Positions 27,957-47,090 of a DNA stretch of 64,000 nt are shown here, in pieces. The notes under the pieces were generated by a model that saw nothing but the letters and a program-made list of their open reading frames with translations, ran no database searches and had not been told where the DNA came from. The DNA is from Piromyces finnis finn. Lineage: Eukaryota > Fungi > Neocallimastigomycota. Each line of letters starts with the position of its first letter. Position 1 is the stretch's first letter. The stretch spans positions 752,382 to 816,381 of the forward strand of contig MCFH01000022.1 in NCBI GenBank assembly GCA_002104945.1, in the 5' to 3' direction. The position numbers and the translations under genes were made by a program.

Positions 27957-30900
27957 GTTTTATTCGATTTTATTTGATAAATAAAAGATATATAAAAACT
28001 ATTACAAAAATCTAAAAATATAAAAAAAAAAGGTTAGATTCTTTTATCCAGAATTTGATAGAATTTAAATACTTTTTATATATATTAATAATTCTAATAA
28101 ATATGATGAAAATTTTTATCTATATATATAATTTCTTATATTAATATATATTTCCATAATAACTTATTTTATTGATGATAGTTTTATTTATTTATTTACT
28201 TTTTATTTTCTCAAAGGCTAGATATTACTTTTATGAACTATTGTTATAATAATATTACTATTAATATTAAATATTTTTATCGAGTATTTATTTATTTATT
28301 TATACTTTAAATTCAATCCAATTTTTTAAAAATTTTATGTTTATCATTTATAATAAATATTAATAATTGTTGACTGTTATTTTATATGTCACATATATAT
28401 TTATACTTTTAACATATTTTATAAACATATAAAGTTTTTATTAAAGAAAATTATTTTATAAAATATAATCTTTTTCTTCCAAAATAACAACACTTTTTCC
28501 CCCATTGTATATTAAGTAAATATTTTCCGTAACTTGCTTTTTTTTTTTCAAAATAATTTCTAAATCTAAATAATTTATTCTTTCTACGTCTTATTATTAA
28601 ATAAAAATATAAAGGTTTGATTTTGCGAATGTAATTATATTTTAATTTCACACATTCTTTTGATATTCCTTTTATATTTGTATGATGTTTTTATGTTTGG
28701 TTTGTATTGATTTAATTGTTTGTTGACGAATTTTTTAATTTTTTTTTTTTAATTGATTAAAATATATATTTCCAGCATAATATTATTTACCTATATAATC
28801 TATTAAATTATAAAGATCTTTTCAAAGGATATAATAATGTATATATAAAATAAAAATAAATCAAAAGTATAGCCTTACAGTGATAGGAAATAAATAAGAA
28901 TAAACTAGTATAATTAAGTTTTTATTTTATATTTATTAAAAAAGGTTTTTTTTTTTATTTTATAAAAATAAATAATAAATATAAACTTTTTTTTTCTGAC
29001 GTCTTATCCATAAATAAATAATATATAAATAATAATAATAATAAATAATAATAATTAATAATATTTATTATAATAATTTTAATAGTAAAAAATAATCCCA
29101 TATATTACCATAAAAATTTTATTCAAATGAATTATAAATATAATATATAGAAATTATTTAATTTTTATATATAAATAAAATTTATAATTAATTGATAATA
29201 TATTTTAATATTATTCATCAATATATTTATTTTTATTTAGTAATATATTATTTAAAATCAAAAATTTTTATAAATAAAATTGATCATGATGATGAAGTGT
29301 AAAAAAAAGAATAATTATGTTGAATATTATAAAGAATAAAAAAGAGTAATAATAACTGTATATATAACTATTAATAATGAAAGTAAAATAAGTTGATTTT
29401 AAAAAGAATTTACATATTTTTTTTAAAATATGAAATAAATTCAATTAGAAAAAAAAAGAGGAGAAGATTAAATTTAAAATAAATTAAAATAAAATTAATT
29501 ATAAATTGTATTTGTTATTGATTTAAATCTTGTTTTTATTCCCGAAATTTTCATGATATGACCATGTTTATCACATGTGTTGTACATGACAATTAATTAT
29601 TATTTTATTCGAAAAATACATAAAAAAGTATTTCATAATTTTCATAATGACGATCTAATGACTAGTTAAAATTAATAATTTATACATATTATGAAAAAGT
29701 AAAAAGAGTTAATTTCAATTATAAATATATAATTATATTTAATTCAATATCTATTTTTATATCATTATCTTCAAACATCATTTTTAATGAATAATAATGT
29801 TAATTTAAATTTGCATATATTACTATTTGTGTCGTTTTCATTATTACTCTTTTTAATTTTTATTTTTTTAAATGTAATTAAAGATAAAACGTAATATAAA
29901 TAATTTTAATGTATCAAACAAAAAAATGTAATTAAAAAAGAAATTGTAACAAAAGCATAAACATTAAATTTTGCTTTTTAATATGAATGAAACTAGTAAT
30001 GTGTGGTTTAATGTCTATAGAGGAAAAGGAGGAAAAAAAAAAGTCAAATAATAACTTTATATGAATGAATGAATGAATCGTCATTTTATTTATTTTATTA
30101 ATGTATTATGTATATATTGACACTGTTGTATCATAAATTTTATTATTATTTCTTTTTAATTTATATTGTATTTGATAAATTCAAAATATATTGATATTTT
30201 TTCAATATTGTATAATATTAGCATAATTATCACATCGTTTTATATCTACATAGTAATATTTAAAAAAAAATAATAGCAATAATAATAGTATGAAAATATA
30301 AATAAGTATAATATATTATTAAAAAATGTTATCTTTAATGATAATAGTGGTGGTTTTATTAAATCATTAATAATGATAAAGCTTTTGAAAGCATTATATA
30401 AATTAGAAAAATTTGATATAGGCGGTAGTAATATATAAAAAATAAAATATACATATACATATACCTGATATTTATATGCTTTCTAATATACTTTTTCTAA
30501 TTTTTATAAAATGAATTATTTTGTAAACTTTTGATATGCTACTATTAATATTAAATAGTAGTAATAAAAAAGTCAAATAATATCTTTATAGAATAGTCAT
30601 TTTATTTATATTATTAATTGTATGATAAATACTGACATTATCATATAAATTCTATTATCATTTCTTTCTAATCAATATTAATTTACTTTAAACTTTATTT
30701 CTGTATAATGTTAATTAATATTTGACTTGCTACAAAAACAATTAAAGTGGATTAATTTTTTTGTGTTTTTTCAGTAAACAGAACATGTCCCTATTTTGTA
30801 ATATTTTAATTACTATGAGACTATGTGTGAAATGAGCTTATTCTAAAAAAAAATACAACAAAAAAAGCTTATTACAGTCATATATTATACAAGAATATAT

Positions 30901-31009
30901 CCAAAATTTCTTATATATATATATATATATTCATCTTTACATGCATAACATAATATCTTTATAATTTATAATTAGTAATAAAATATAATAAAATAACTTT
31001 TAACAAAAA

Positions 31010-32306
31010 ATGTATAGAAGTTTTCCTATTAATGATAGAACGGATGCCGGAATACAAATTGCATTTAATAATGAAATAAAAAAATACAGTAATAGAAAGG
31101 ATACAATAATATTAGCTTTACCAAGAGGAGGTTTTTTTTAATACTGTTGATCCTTCTTTTTTTTTTGTAGAATAATTACTTAAATATTATTACTTCATTA
31201 ATATAAAATAGGTATTCCAGTAGCCTATCAAATAAGTGAAAAATTAAACATTCCATTTGATATGATTATTGTTAGAAAATTAGGACTACCAAGTAATTAT
31301 ATTTTACAATTTAATTTTAAATTTATTTATTTATTTATTTTTATATTTTTATATTAAATTTTTTACTCTATAACCAATATATTAAAGCACATGAAGAAAC
31401 AGCTATGGGTGCTATTGGAATGAATAATATAATCATATATAATGAGAAATGTATTATATCAAATTCTGTAACCCAGTCTACATTAAATTCTGTTATAGAA
31501 AAAGAAGTAAAATATTAGTAATAATTTTATATTATATTATTTTCAATTGTTACACAGTTTTCAAGCTAAACAAATTTTATGAAATAATATTTTTAAAGAA
31601 AATTGAACTAATTCGAAGAAATAATGAGTATTGTAGAAATCGACCTTTCCCTGATATTAGAGATAAAAATATTATATTAGTAATTTTTTTTTTTTTTCGT
31701 TCTGATTATGTAATAATTAATAATTAATTATAAAAACCAATACTATGATATGATTATAACTTAGGTTGACGATGGAATAGCATCAGGTGCATCAATGAAA
31801 GCAGGTTAAATATGAAATTTTAAAGAGTAAATAAAAAAAAAATTTATTTTTAATATATATTTAATTAGCTATAGCTTCAGTAAAGTTATATAATCCAAAA
31901 AAAATTATTGTTGCTGTCCCAGGTAAATAAATGCAATTTTATTGACTTTAATTTGAAATAAAATAAATAATATATCATAATATATATTATATAAGTTGGA
32001 CCTCCTGAAGTCATCAATGAATTAAATCTAATTGTAGATGAAGTAGTTTGCATTTACCAACCTTCTCCATTTCACGCTGTTGGTTTATGGTATTTTTTAT
32101 TATATACAAATGATCTATATATATATTAATTGCTAATTATATAAAAAAAAATTCTAAAAGAATCATCAAAATATGTTTTATTATAAAAAAAAAAAAAAAG
32201 GTATGGAAAATTTGCACAGGTTAAAGATGATGAAGTTCATAAATATTTAGAATCTGTTAAAAAAAATAATTATGATAAAGAAGAAGTTGAAAATTGTACA
32301 AATTAA
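31010..32306 (+). CDS. Bacterial/archaeal-type predicted phosphoribosyltransferase (COG1926-like), 8 exons
   Basis: Spliced: DRTDAGIQIA..IILALPRGGIPVAYQISEKLNIPFDMIIVRKLGLPTHEETAMGAI..VDDGIASGASMKAAIASVK..KIIVAVPVGPPEVINEL..DEVVC..FHAVGLWYGKFAQVKDDEV. It has the type I PRTase PRPP loop (VDDGxAxG) and the LPRGG / VRKLG motifs. Confidence 0.88.
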
Positions 32307-32848
32307 AAAGCTCATAAAAATGTTAATATTTTAATTGGACCATTAACTAACTATTAATTAATTGAAGAAAAAAAAAAAAACTTAATGTAGTTGATTTATA
32401 TCATTATTTTTAGGATAAAAAATTTAAAATAAATAGTAATAGATCTATTTATATATATATTATTTTTAAATATTTAAACATTTATTATGTTTAAATTTAC
32501 TTTATATTTTTATTCTTTTTGTAATAAACTTGATAAGGATTATTAAATAAATTATTTTATAATAATAAATTATTCTATTTTTTTTTTTTTTTTTTATTTT
32601 TTTTTAATTCAATAGTATATTTTTTTTATGAGGAGGATAAAAGAAAAAAGATATAACATTAAGTATAAACTTTAATAATAAATATTAAGTATCTATAAAT
32701 TATATAAATAAATAGAATTATATCTACTTGTTTAATGTTATATTATGGTTTATCTATTTGCTTATTTACTGAATTAGAATCTATTTTATTTATATGTTCT
32801 TAAAAATATAATGTATAAATTGTATATTTTCTTTTTCTTTATTTTTTT

Positions 32849-32881
<33 letters not shown>

Positions 32882-32892
32882 TAATAAATGAT

Positions 32893-34508
32893 TTAGTAAC
32901 CCGTTAATTCTGTATAGATATCGGTTAATGTTATTTGTCCAAGACGATAATTAAAGAATGATTTTTCTGATGAATTACCTTCTTTTAATAAATGCTTTTC
33001 TAAAATGGCTTTAATTCTTTTCATTTCATTAAAAGAATTAATGATAACTTTATAGTTATAAAGTCCTGCATTACTATATTTAAATTCAAGATCAATACCC
33101 GCTTGCTCTTTTACACTAGTAACTAAAAGTCTTTCATTAAAGTTTTTCATTCCTTTTGTATTAATAATTAAGTTATAATGACTTATATATTTTGACTTTA
33201 ATTGTTCAAATGTTCCTACATAAACTAAACGACCTCTACTCATAATACCAACACGATCACTAAGATAAACCGCTTCTTCTAAGGAATTTGTAGTAATTAA
33301 AATTGAAGATTTAAAGCTTCGATTGGTTTGTTTTATACGGTCCCATATGAATTTTCTCTTTTCAAATCGACTTATTCCTTTGGTTGGTTCGTCTAATAAA
33401 ATCGTGGATTGACCATGAGCAATGATTAACATTAAATTAAGTATCTTCTTTTGTTCATAACTTAAATATTTAACCTTAACATTAGTATACTGAGCTAACC
33501 CATAAAATTGAAGTAACTCTTTTGAAAAAGATTTTATTCCTTGATTTGAATAACCAATTAAATCTAACATATTAAACAGGTGCTCCTTAATTGTGAGATC
33601 ATCAGATAAAGAAGGTTCTTGCCTACAATAACTAAATATAATTTCTTCTATATTTGAATTTGTTTTGTTAATGCCGTTGATGTAAAGACCACCTGTATTA
33701 TAATTATCTATAGAAGCTATTGCATTAACTATAAATGATTTTCCTGAACGTGGTGGACCTAATAAACAAAAGATTTCAAAGTTTCTCACTCCAAAAGTAA
33801 TATTTTCAATACATGTAATAGCAAATGTTGAATTGGTATAGACTGAATTGTGAGGTTGACCATATTGGTATTTTAAAATTCGTTTCATATTACTTTTATA
33901 ATCTTTTTCTAAAGCAATTGAATGGTATGGATATTCTTTGTAAAATTCTATGATACTAATAGCTAAATCATTACATTTTCTGGTTGCTTCTAAATATTCC
34001 AATTTAACTTCTTCTGGACTTTGTTCTAATATTTTTTGTGATTTTTTAATCATACCTTTTTTAGTCTTTTTACGTAGAGTAGAATTATAAATGAGGTTAA
34101 ACACAAAAATCAATATAACTAAAATAGTGGATATTGAAATGAATATAAATGATACTCCTAGCTCAGATTTTGCTAAAATATTTCCACGAAATCCAATAAC
34201 ATTTTTATAGATATGATCGGAAGTGTAGTTTGATATTAAAGCTAAACTAAAAATAACTGATATAACAGCATACAGAGGATTCAATAGAACCATAACTACA
34301 GTTAATATTAGAACATGATTAGGAAGAAATAGAAATTCTTCATATTTAGAGTATTGATCAAATACATAATAAAATAATATTTCTATAAATAATAAATGTT
34401 CAACGACGATGAAAAACAGTAATAGCTTTTTATTTGATATTAAATTACTTAATATATGATGCTCCAAGAATAAAACAATTGACCTATTATGAAATAAAAT
34501 AAAATAAA

Positions 34509-34550
<42 letters not shown>

Positions 34551-37500
34551 AATATATATTGTATTATATATTATATATACAAAAAAAAAAAAAAAAAGTT
34601 AATTATTATTTTAAAATTACTTTTTTTTTAATATTGAATTATTATTATTATTATTATTATTATTATAATTTTAATATTGAATAAATTTACCCTAACATCA
34701 TTATATTAAATGCCATGGACAATGAAGTTTTATCCTCAAAAATAGGATTATGAAATCGTATTCCCATAATTAAAATGATGAAATTTAATAACGTTGCTAA
34801 AACGAAATCTCCTGCTAACGTTGTAATAAAGTATACTTTCTTATTGATACCAAGGGAACGATATAACGAAAATACACCATTTTTATCTTCTTTCATTTTA
34901 TTATATAAAAAGAATATATTTGATATCATAATTATATATCCAAAGGTTCTAGCAATATTGTAAGAATTACTTTGCATAATTTCAACATCATTATATCCAA
35001 ATGTTTTTACACTAGTACTAATTCTTTGCTTAACACCTTTACTATAAAGAATTGAATTACTAATGGCATTCATGGTAGATGGCAAAGAGTGAACTAAAGT
35101 TGAATTATAAATTAAATCATAACGGTAACGATTTCTAGCTAATCTATAGCCAATAACATCAGATACATACATTGAATTTTCTAATAAATGACTTCTTGAT
35201 AAATAATTAATATATCCTAATTCATAGCGTTTAACGAATTTATCGAACACTAGAATATCCTGATTTGCCTTATTTTTAACATATTTAAGAATTTTATAAC
35301 TTTTTGCTGTTATATTAGAATTTATATCATAATTCCATACATATGATCTATCATTATAAAAATATTCAGTATTCATGGACTTAGTTTCAGACTCTTTAAA
35401 AACCTTACTTGAATTTACTTCATAATTATCAAAGGCAAAAACAACTAATGAAATAGGTATGAGAACTGACCAAAATAGATATTTATGATTTTTTAGGGTA
35501 TTTAAAATTCTATTCTTGGTGATAATTCTCATGTATCGTGCTTCATATAAATTAATATATTGATGTGGATGAGGTATATTTCTAAAAATACTCTTTTCAT
35601 TTTTGATATCTTTAGTATCTAAATCTAATAATTCGGTATCATAACTACCATCATCTAAACGATTATATACATCTTGAAGAGATGGATGCGATATGGTATA
35701 CTCTTTGATAATACCCTCATTGACGGCTTTATCTAAAATTTTATATATTTCACTCATTGGGTTCATGATTGAATATGGAATTATCCATGTTTGTCCCATG
35801 TTTATATCTAAAATTTTCTTTTTACCAATATTTCTTATTAGCGTTGCTTTTGGACAAGACCGTTTTAATAATTCATCTACAGTTTCAGGTAAAGCTGTTT
35901 TAATATTGAAATAATCATGCGATATAATATTATTTGTGATGAATGCATTATTTCCGCTACAATGTACAATACCATTAACAATAATCAATTTAATTTCTGT
36001 ATAAATTTCTGCCTCTGTAATATCTTCAGTAAACACAACTATTGTCCGATCTTTTCTACAACGATTGATATACTCCCATATTCTTTTTTTATTCATAGTA
36101 TCAAGACCTTTTGTTGGTTCTTCCAAAAAGACATATTTTTGTTTTGCCATTAAAACCATACCAATAGATAATATTCTTTTTTGAACTTGACTTAACCTTG
36201 GTATAATATAATCTTTATATTTAAACAAACCCATATCATTCATTAAAAGATTTATATCCAATTTCTTATTTAAAAGTTTATTCATAAATATTAAATTTTG
36301 TTCAACTGTTAAACCGTCAAATGTATTATTATACTTCGAACATAAACCTATTACATTTAATTAAATAAAATATAATATAGAGGTATATAAATTGCAATAC
36401 AATAACAATATAAAAAACATTTGAAAAAAGAAAAAAAAAAATTAGTATACTATTATTAAAGTTTTAATCCTATCATTATTAAAAAATATATTATTAAAAT
36501 ATATATTTATTTAATATCTTACCGATATCTTTTTTAATTTTATTTAATTCCGAGGATAATTTCTTGCCATTATATAAGATATCTCCAGAATCTGGTTTAA
36601 TATTTCCAAGCATAATATGCATTAATGTTTTTATTCCTGATCCTGGTTTACCTACTATACCATATATTCCTTCTAATGGTATTCCAAAACTAACAGATTG
36701 AAGAATTGGAATATCAGTTTTTTTTGTATATTTTACTTTTTTACTAATATTAGTTACTTCAATGATAGGATCATTTATTTTTTGATTTAAGCTTGGTATT
36801 TGTTTATTGTTTTTTTGAATTACTCTATAATTATATTTAATAATTTGATGATAATCCGTCAAATACTCTTTGCGTACTTCTCTTGCCGTCAAGATTTTTT
36901 CCAAAATAATGGATACTACAAAGTATAAAATTGTAGAAAATGTTAATAAACATAAGAAAATAAGTATATCCCCATGAAACAAATCTTTAACTTCTATATG
37001 ATTGGTAATTCCAACTTCCGATGTTATTTCCTTTACTAGCGAAATGATACCTACTGGTGATATTATTGCTGATAAAAGCATTCTCCAACTTTTTTCTATG
37101 TTTAATATATAGGTTGTAGAAAGCACAGCAACTATAGAGAGATATATATACATTGATTCTGCATACTTTAATTTTTTAAGTATTACCGAGTATAAATATG
37201 CCATTCCAATGGCGCTCATTCCATATATTTCAAAAATTATGATATATACTGATGTTTCAATATTATTTATTAACCCTAGTAATTGTAGAGAGTATGTTAT
37301 TAATATTGTCCCAAATATAAATTTTACCGAATATTGAATAAGCCATGATAAACTAAAAAATGAACTATTAATACCAGATAAAACGAAAGCCTTTTTAGTT
37401 TGTGAACCTTTTTCATCTAAAATAAAACGTACAATATCTTTTGATAATATCATAAATAATCCTACGATACAAGGTAAAAAAATATGATAATCTAATACTG

Positions 37501-38300
37501 AATTATCTTCGCAGTAATGCTGTGGTTCTTCAAATTGTGCAAGATTGACATCATATCTGAAATTTTTATTATTCGAAACTAATTTTATAATTGCTTCATC
37601 TATCGCTTTTTGAATAGGGCAAAAAAATACTTCATACATTGATTTTTTAGGATCAATTAGAAATCCATATTGCTTAAAAAAAGAAGATCGAGTACGTTTA
37701 AATATTTTTTCTATTTTTTGATGATGTGGAATTGGGTCTTCCGTATTTGGTGGCAACAAAGCCTTATCGATTTTTATTGTATAATTAAATAAACTATCAT
37801 TAAATATTATACCTATAATAAATCGTGAAGATTTTTTATAAATTTCATTTAAATATTTTTCATCATAATATGTTCTATATATGTAACTCTCTGGGGAAAT
37901 ATTTTGGAATATTTCACCTGTCATAATTAAATCTATAAAAGTATTTGAAATACTTCTAAATTTTCTATCTCTTGGTAAAACAAATGCAAATAAAAAGCTT
38001 TCATCAAAACTTTCTGAACAATGATTAATATCATAGCCGTTAAGAGTATATAATTCTGTTATTTTAGTTTCTTCAACATAGCATGTTAATTTAGGTGCTA
38101 TATATAATATATATGGTACTTTATATTTCAAAGAGTATAAAACAAAATTTATATTTTAATATAAGGAATAGTATAATAAATTATATATGAATTTAATATT
38201 ATATATAAAAGCATTACATAAAATTAATAATAGCAATGAATTAAAACCATTTATTTTTTTATTCTTCCAAAAAAATGCACTAAAAGTGTTTATATATGAA
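32893..38300 (-). CDS. Full-length ABCA-subfamily transporter, highly divergent (TMD-NBD-TMD-NBD), at least 4 exons; start codon not located
   Basis: ORFs 36494-38131, 34687-36285 and 32893-34467 splice in frame (introns about 36347-36520 and 34485-34690). N-terminal FFWKN exon near 38220-38300, large extracellular loop, DEKGSQTKKAFVLSG (EKE-type motif), NBD remnants EEPTKGLD and LLDEPTKG, and C-terminal TLTDIY-type ends after both NBDs. Confidence 0.85.
34500..34549. repeat. Long poly(A)/poly(T) tract inside an ABCA intron
   Basis: About 40 consecutive A on the plus strand. Similar tracts occur near 40417-40442, 41496-41531 and 62605-62637. Confidence 0.9.
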
Positions 38301-39189
38301 TTCTATCGGAAAGAAATAATATAAAATGAATAAATGTTGTTAGTATAATTAAAAATGATGATATTACTCTTTTAAACTAACTTAATATATATTTCTTTTC
38401 TTTTTGATTTATAAACAAAATTTATTATTTCATTTTAAAAATTATACATTAAAGGATATAAAGATATATGTATATATTGCTACTACTACTGCTACTACTA
38501 CTAATATTATTATTATTACTATTATTATTATTATTATTATTATATATATTATATATTTCTTTTTTTTAAAAAAATATATATACAACTTACCATTTGATGT
38601 GATAGTATTTAATAATTTTTATTTTTTATTTTAATAAATTTTAATTGTAATTATTAATTTTTATCTTATTAATAATATAAATTTGAATTTTTTTTTTTTT
38701 TTCTTATTAAATTGATAAGATTTTTGTTTTCTATCTTGTTTTCTAAATCGCTCAATTTGTATAAGTAATTTAATGGTATATATATAAAATATATAAATTA
38801 AATATACATTTTTTTTTTTTTTTTTTTAATTATTTACAAACTGTAAAATTTTATTAAATGCTTATTTTATTTATTTTATTATATATAAACAATTTTATAT
38901 GTTATTTCCTCCTCTTAATAAAAGATTGCTGTTGAATTGAATGGTTTCTTTTTCTTTTCTTTTTTCTTATTATTTAATTTTAAAAATATTAATTTATCTT
39001 TTTTTTTTTATTTTTATATTTTATATATATATAAATTATTTTTTTTTTTTTTTAAAATATATTAAGATCTATTAATATATTAATATAATTGGAGAAATTA
39101 CAATAAAAGATTCTAAATTTATATATTGGTATAAAAATATAAAAATATAAAATTTTGGGTTATGATTTTTAATTATGAAAATAATAATG

Positions 39190-40416
39190 TTAAATGTTAT
39201 GAACTATCTTTAAATACAACAAGTTAGCATTAATGAATGGAAAGATGAATATATTAAAGCATTTCAAAAAGAAAAATTCAACAATTTATATAATAATGGA
39301 CTTATGAAAATAGTAAAAAAAAAAAAAAAAAGAAACGAAACTATATAATAAAATTATTAATTCAACAAAATACTTTTTATATTATTATATAAGATAAAAA
39401 TGTATAACACTAGTTGTATCAAATATTAAAACGGATCATTATTTATCTTATATACCAAAATCCAATTACTATACTAGTAACTAATCTAGGATGGAGTATT
39501 CAACAATTGATATTATGTAAGCATATTATTATGAAGACATCAATTTCTAAGCGACTCCAACTATAAATAGATATATTAGAATTTAAACAAAATTCTATAT
39601 ATTCTTTATCAATCCAAAAGGCAATCATATGAAATCATTACGAAATTTAGAAAATTATGAGTATTGATATTATAAAAAATTATAAAAGAATGTAAACAAT
39701 TGATTCTTATATAATTCTTATATTATTATTGTACAATTAGTTATTGAATAAATTCTAGTAGAATAAACAAACTCTAGAGAATATTTAGTGTTAAACAAAC
39801 TTCTTGTTATAGTAAAAGCTTATCATAGTGTCATATAATGAAAATAAATATAACCGATATTTAGAAAAGAGAAATATTAAAACATAATAAAAAAAAAGTT
39901 TATATTATTTACAGATTAATTCTTAAAAACATTTACCAAAATAATAATTACAATAAATTCCACGTGTAATCATAAATATATGCTGATAATATGATAATCC
40001 CACATGCATTCTATAATTATAATTAATAAAAAAAAATAAATTTAGAATTCCCAACTTGTTACATGAATACGTAATTTTAATTAAAAAAAGGATATATCAA
40101 AAGAAACAAAGAAACTTTAAATTTTATTAAAGAAATTTAATATAAGAAAAGCAATACACATCATACATGGTAGATAATATATGAAAAAAATAAAGAAAAT
40201 ATTTGATATTACATTACAAATAGTATTCTAGATTCTTAAATATTCATAATAAAAATTTTTATGATCTAGATACTCTATTATGTTGAAGATTCAATTTTAC
40301 TAACTAGAAAAAGTAGTAACGTTTTTCTTTATTTAAATTTCATGTTAATTTATAATGGAAGGAAAATAAATATGCCAATGTTGATTTTTCTGATTTTTCT
40401 GGTAATTACAAAACGT

Positions 40417-40449
<33 letters not shown>

Positions 40450-40750
40450 TTGGAGTCTATACTATAACGAAATAAGTAAATTATACCAAAAGAAATAGAA
40501 AACATTATCAACTTAAAACGGTTGTAAAGAATTAATAAGAAATGAATTAGATTGTTAAAAGAAATAGGAAATGTATCAAAATTAATAATATTAATATATT
40601 TAAATGATTTATTAACTATTCAATATAAACAAATTCTTATTATAAGAATTCAATTGAAATGTTTTATTTTTAATTCAACTTAGAAATATCTATAAAAAGA
40701 ACTCAAAAAAGTCTTTTTAAAATTATGAATTTGTGTAACCATTAAAACTT
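39190..40750 (+). mobile_element. Highly decayed Ty1/copia pol (RT-RNaseH) relic
   Basis: Frame-broken fragments appear in Copia order: EWKDEYIKAFQKEKFNNLYNNGLMKIV, LGWSIQQ-IDIM*AY, IYADNMII (YVDD position, about 39978), LLKKFNI, DFSDFSGNYKT. Many stops and frameshifts; no LTRs seen. Confidence 0.5.
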
Positions 40751-41488
40751 TAATTTATAATTTTTTTTATTATATTAATAATAACCTAAAGCTTGAAAAG
40801 ATTATTTTCTCTTCTAATTCATTTTAAAAATATAATACTATCAAAGTATTTAGTATCATATTTATAATATATAATATAAACAATAAATAATTAGTAATTA
40901 GTATAATTTAAATATTTTATTAATCGTACTAGTATTAGTTACATAATTTTAGGCTTTTTCTAAATTTAATCAAAAAAACAAAGCATGAATTTAATTTTAG
41001 CTTTTGCACTATTTTAAGACTTCCTGACTAAGAAATTTATTCACTTATTATAATTCTGACAAACTTAGTCAAAAAAAAGTTAATAAATGTAAAAATATAA
41101 TAGTTTTTATTTATATTTTACTAAATAAACATAAAAATAATATTTCAAAAAACAAAAATAATAGCTTTAATCAAGCTCCATTAAACTATTAAATGTTTAT
41201 TATTATAATTATCTAAAAGGAAAAGGGTATTCTATTATATTAATGATGTATATATATAATGAATATTTTTAATCTTTCAAACATTAAAATTGCCAAACAA
41301 TACTATTGAAAATAAATAATTTTGAAAAAAAAAAAAAAAAAAAAAAAAAAACACTTTCTTTTAAGTTTGCATTAAAAATGTTATAGTAATAAATACAATG
41401 AAATAATTGCTTTTTTTTTATTTAATTAATACATTATTTTTATATTAATATAGTTTTATTAATAAAAAATAAAAATAAAATAAAATAT

Positions 41489-41534
<46 letters not shown>

Positions 41535-41976
41535 AAAAATATTTTTCTATATTCAAATTAAAAAGAAAAAAATAAAAATATATTAATGCTAATTTGATAA
41601 ATTAATTTTTGTTATCATATATACATTTTTTTATGAATTCTTTAATAAATACAAACTTTTTTAAATAATACTAGAAATATTATTTTCTTAGCTTTTTTTT
41701 TTAAAAAAATAATCATTTATATAATAACATTATATTATTATCTAATAATAAATAATATTAATATAAGCATTAAGTCGTATTATTATTATTAAATATTATT
41801 AAATTATAGAATAATAACTTATACTTAATATCAATATTTCTTTTTTTAAAAAAAATTATTATTTACAACATTTTAAAATATATATAGTTTTAGAAAATAC
41901 TAAAAATAAAGATTACTGATAAAAAATATTATTATTGATATTTCTTTTTAAAAATTATTAAATTGATAAATATTTA

Positions 41977-46416
<4,440 letters not shown>

Positions 46417-46674
46417 TAGAAATATAATGATATTTTTTATATCAATTATTATAAATAATTGATACTTGTAATAATAATAATAATAATTATAAAATGAACT
46501 TTCTTGATACTATTTTTTTTCTTCCTTTCTTTTTTTTTTACACACTTATCACTATTTTGTCTTAATTATTAATTCATAAAGCCTTAAGCAATACAGTGAA
46601 CAAGAATTAAACAATCAGAATGATACTATTTTAAATATAATCTAATATATATATATGACTCCAAGTATTATTTC

Positions 46675-46713
<39 letters not shown>

Positions 46714-46966
46714 AAATTTAAATTATTATTGTATATATGTCTCTTACTGTATATTTTTATTTTTTTTGCTTATATAATTATAGTTTTTTTATCCTTATAT
46801 TAAATGCTATACTTTATAAATTATTTTTAAATAATGAAGTATTTTTTTTATTTACTTATTAGTGAAATTTAACTATCAATAATAGTATTAAACACTTTTT
46901 TTTTTCCTTAAAGTCAAAGCATTAAAAAAAAATATGAATAATATACGTATAATATATATATATATA

Positions 46967-47090
<124 letters not shown>

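Noticed and set aside
28451-28651. 66-aa basic ORF upstream of CK1
   Set aside because: No recognisable motif and a composition typical of AT-rich promoter or leader DNA.
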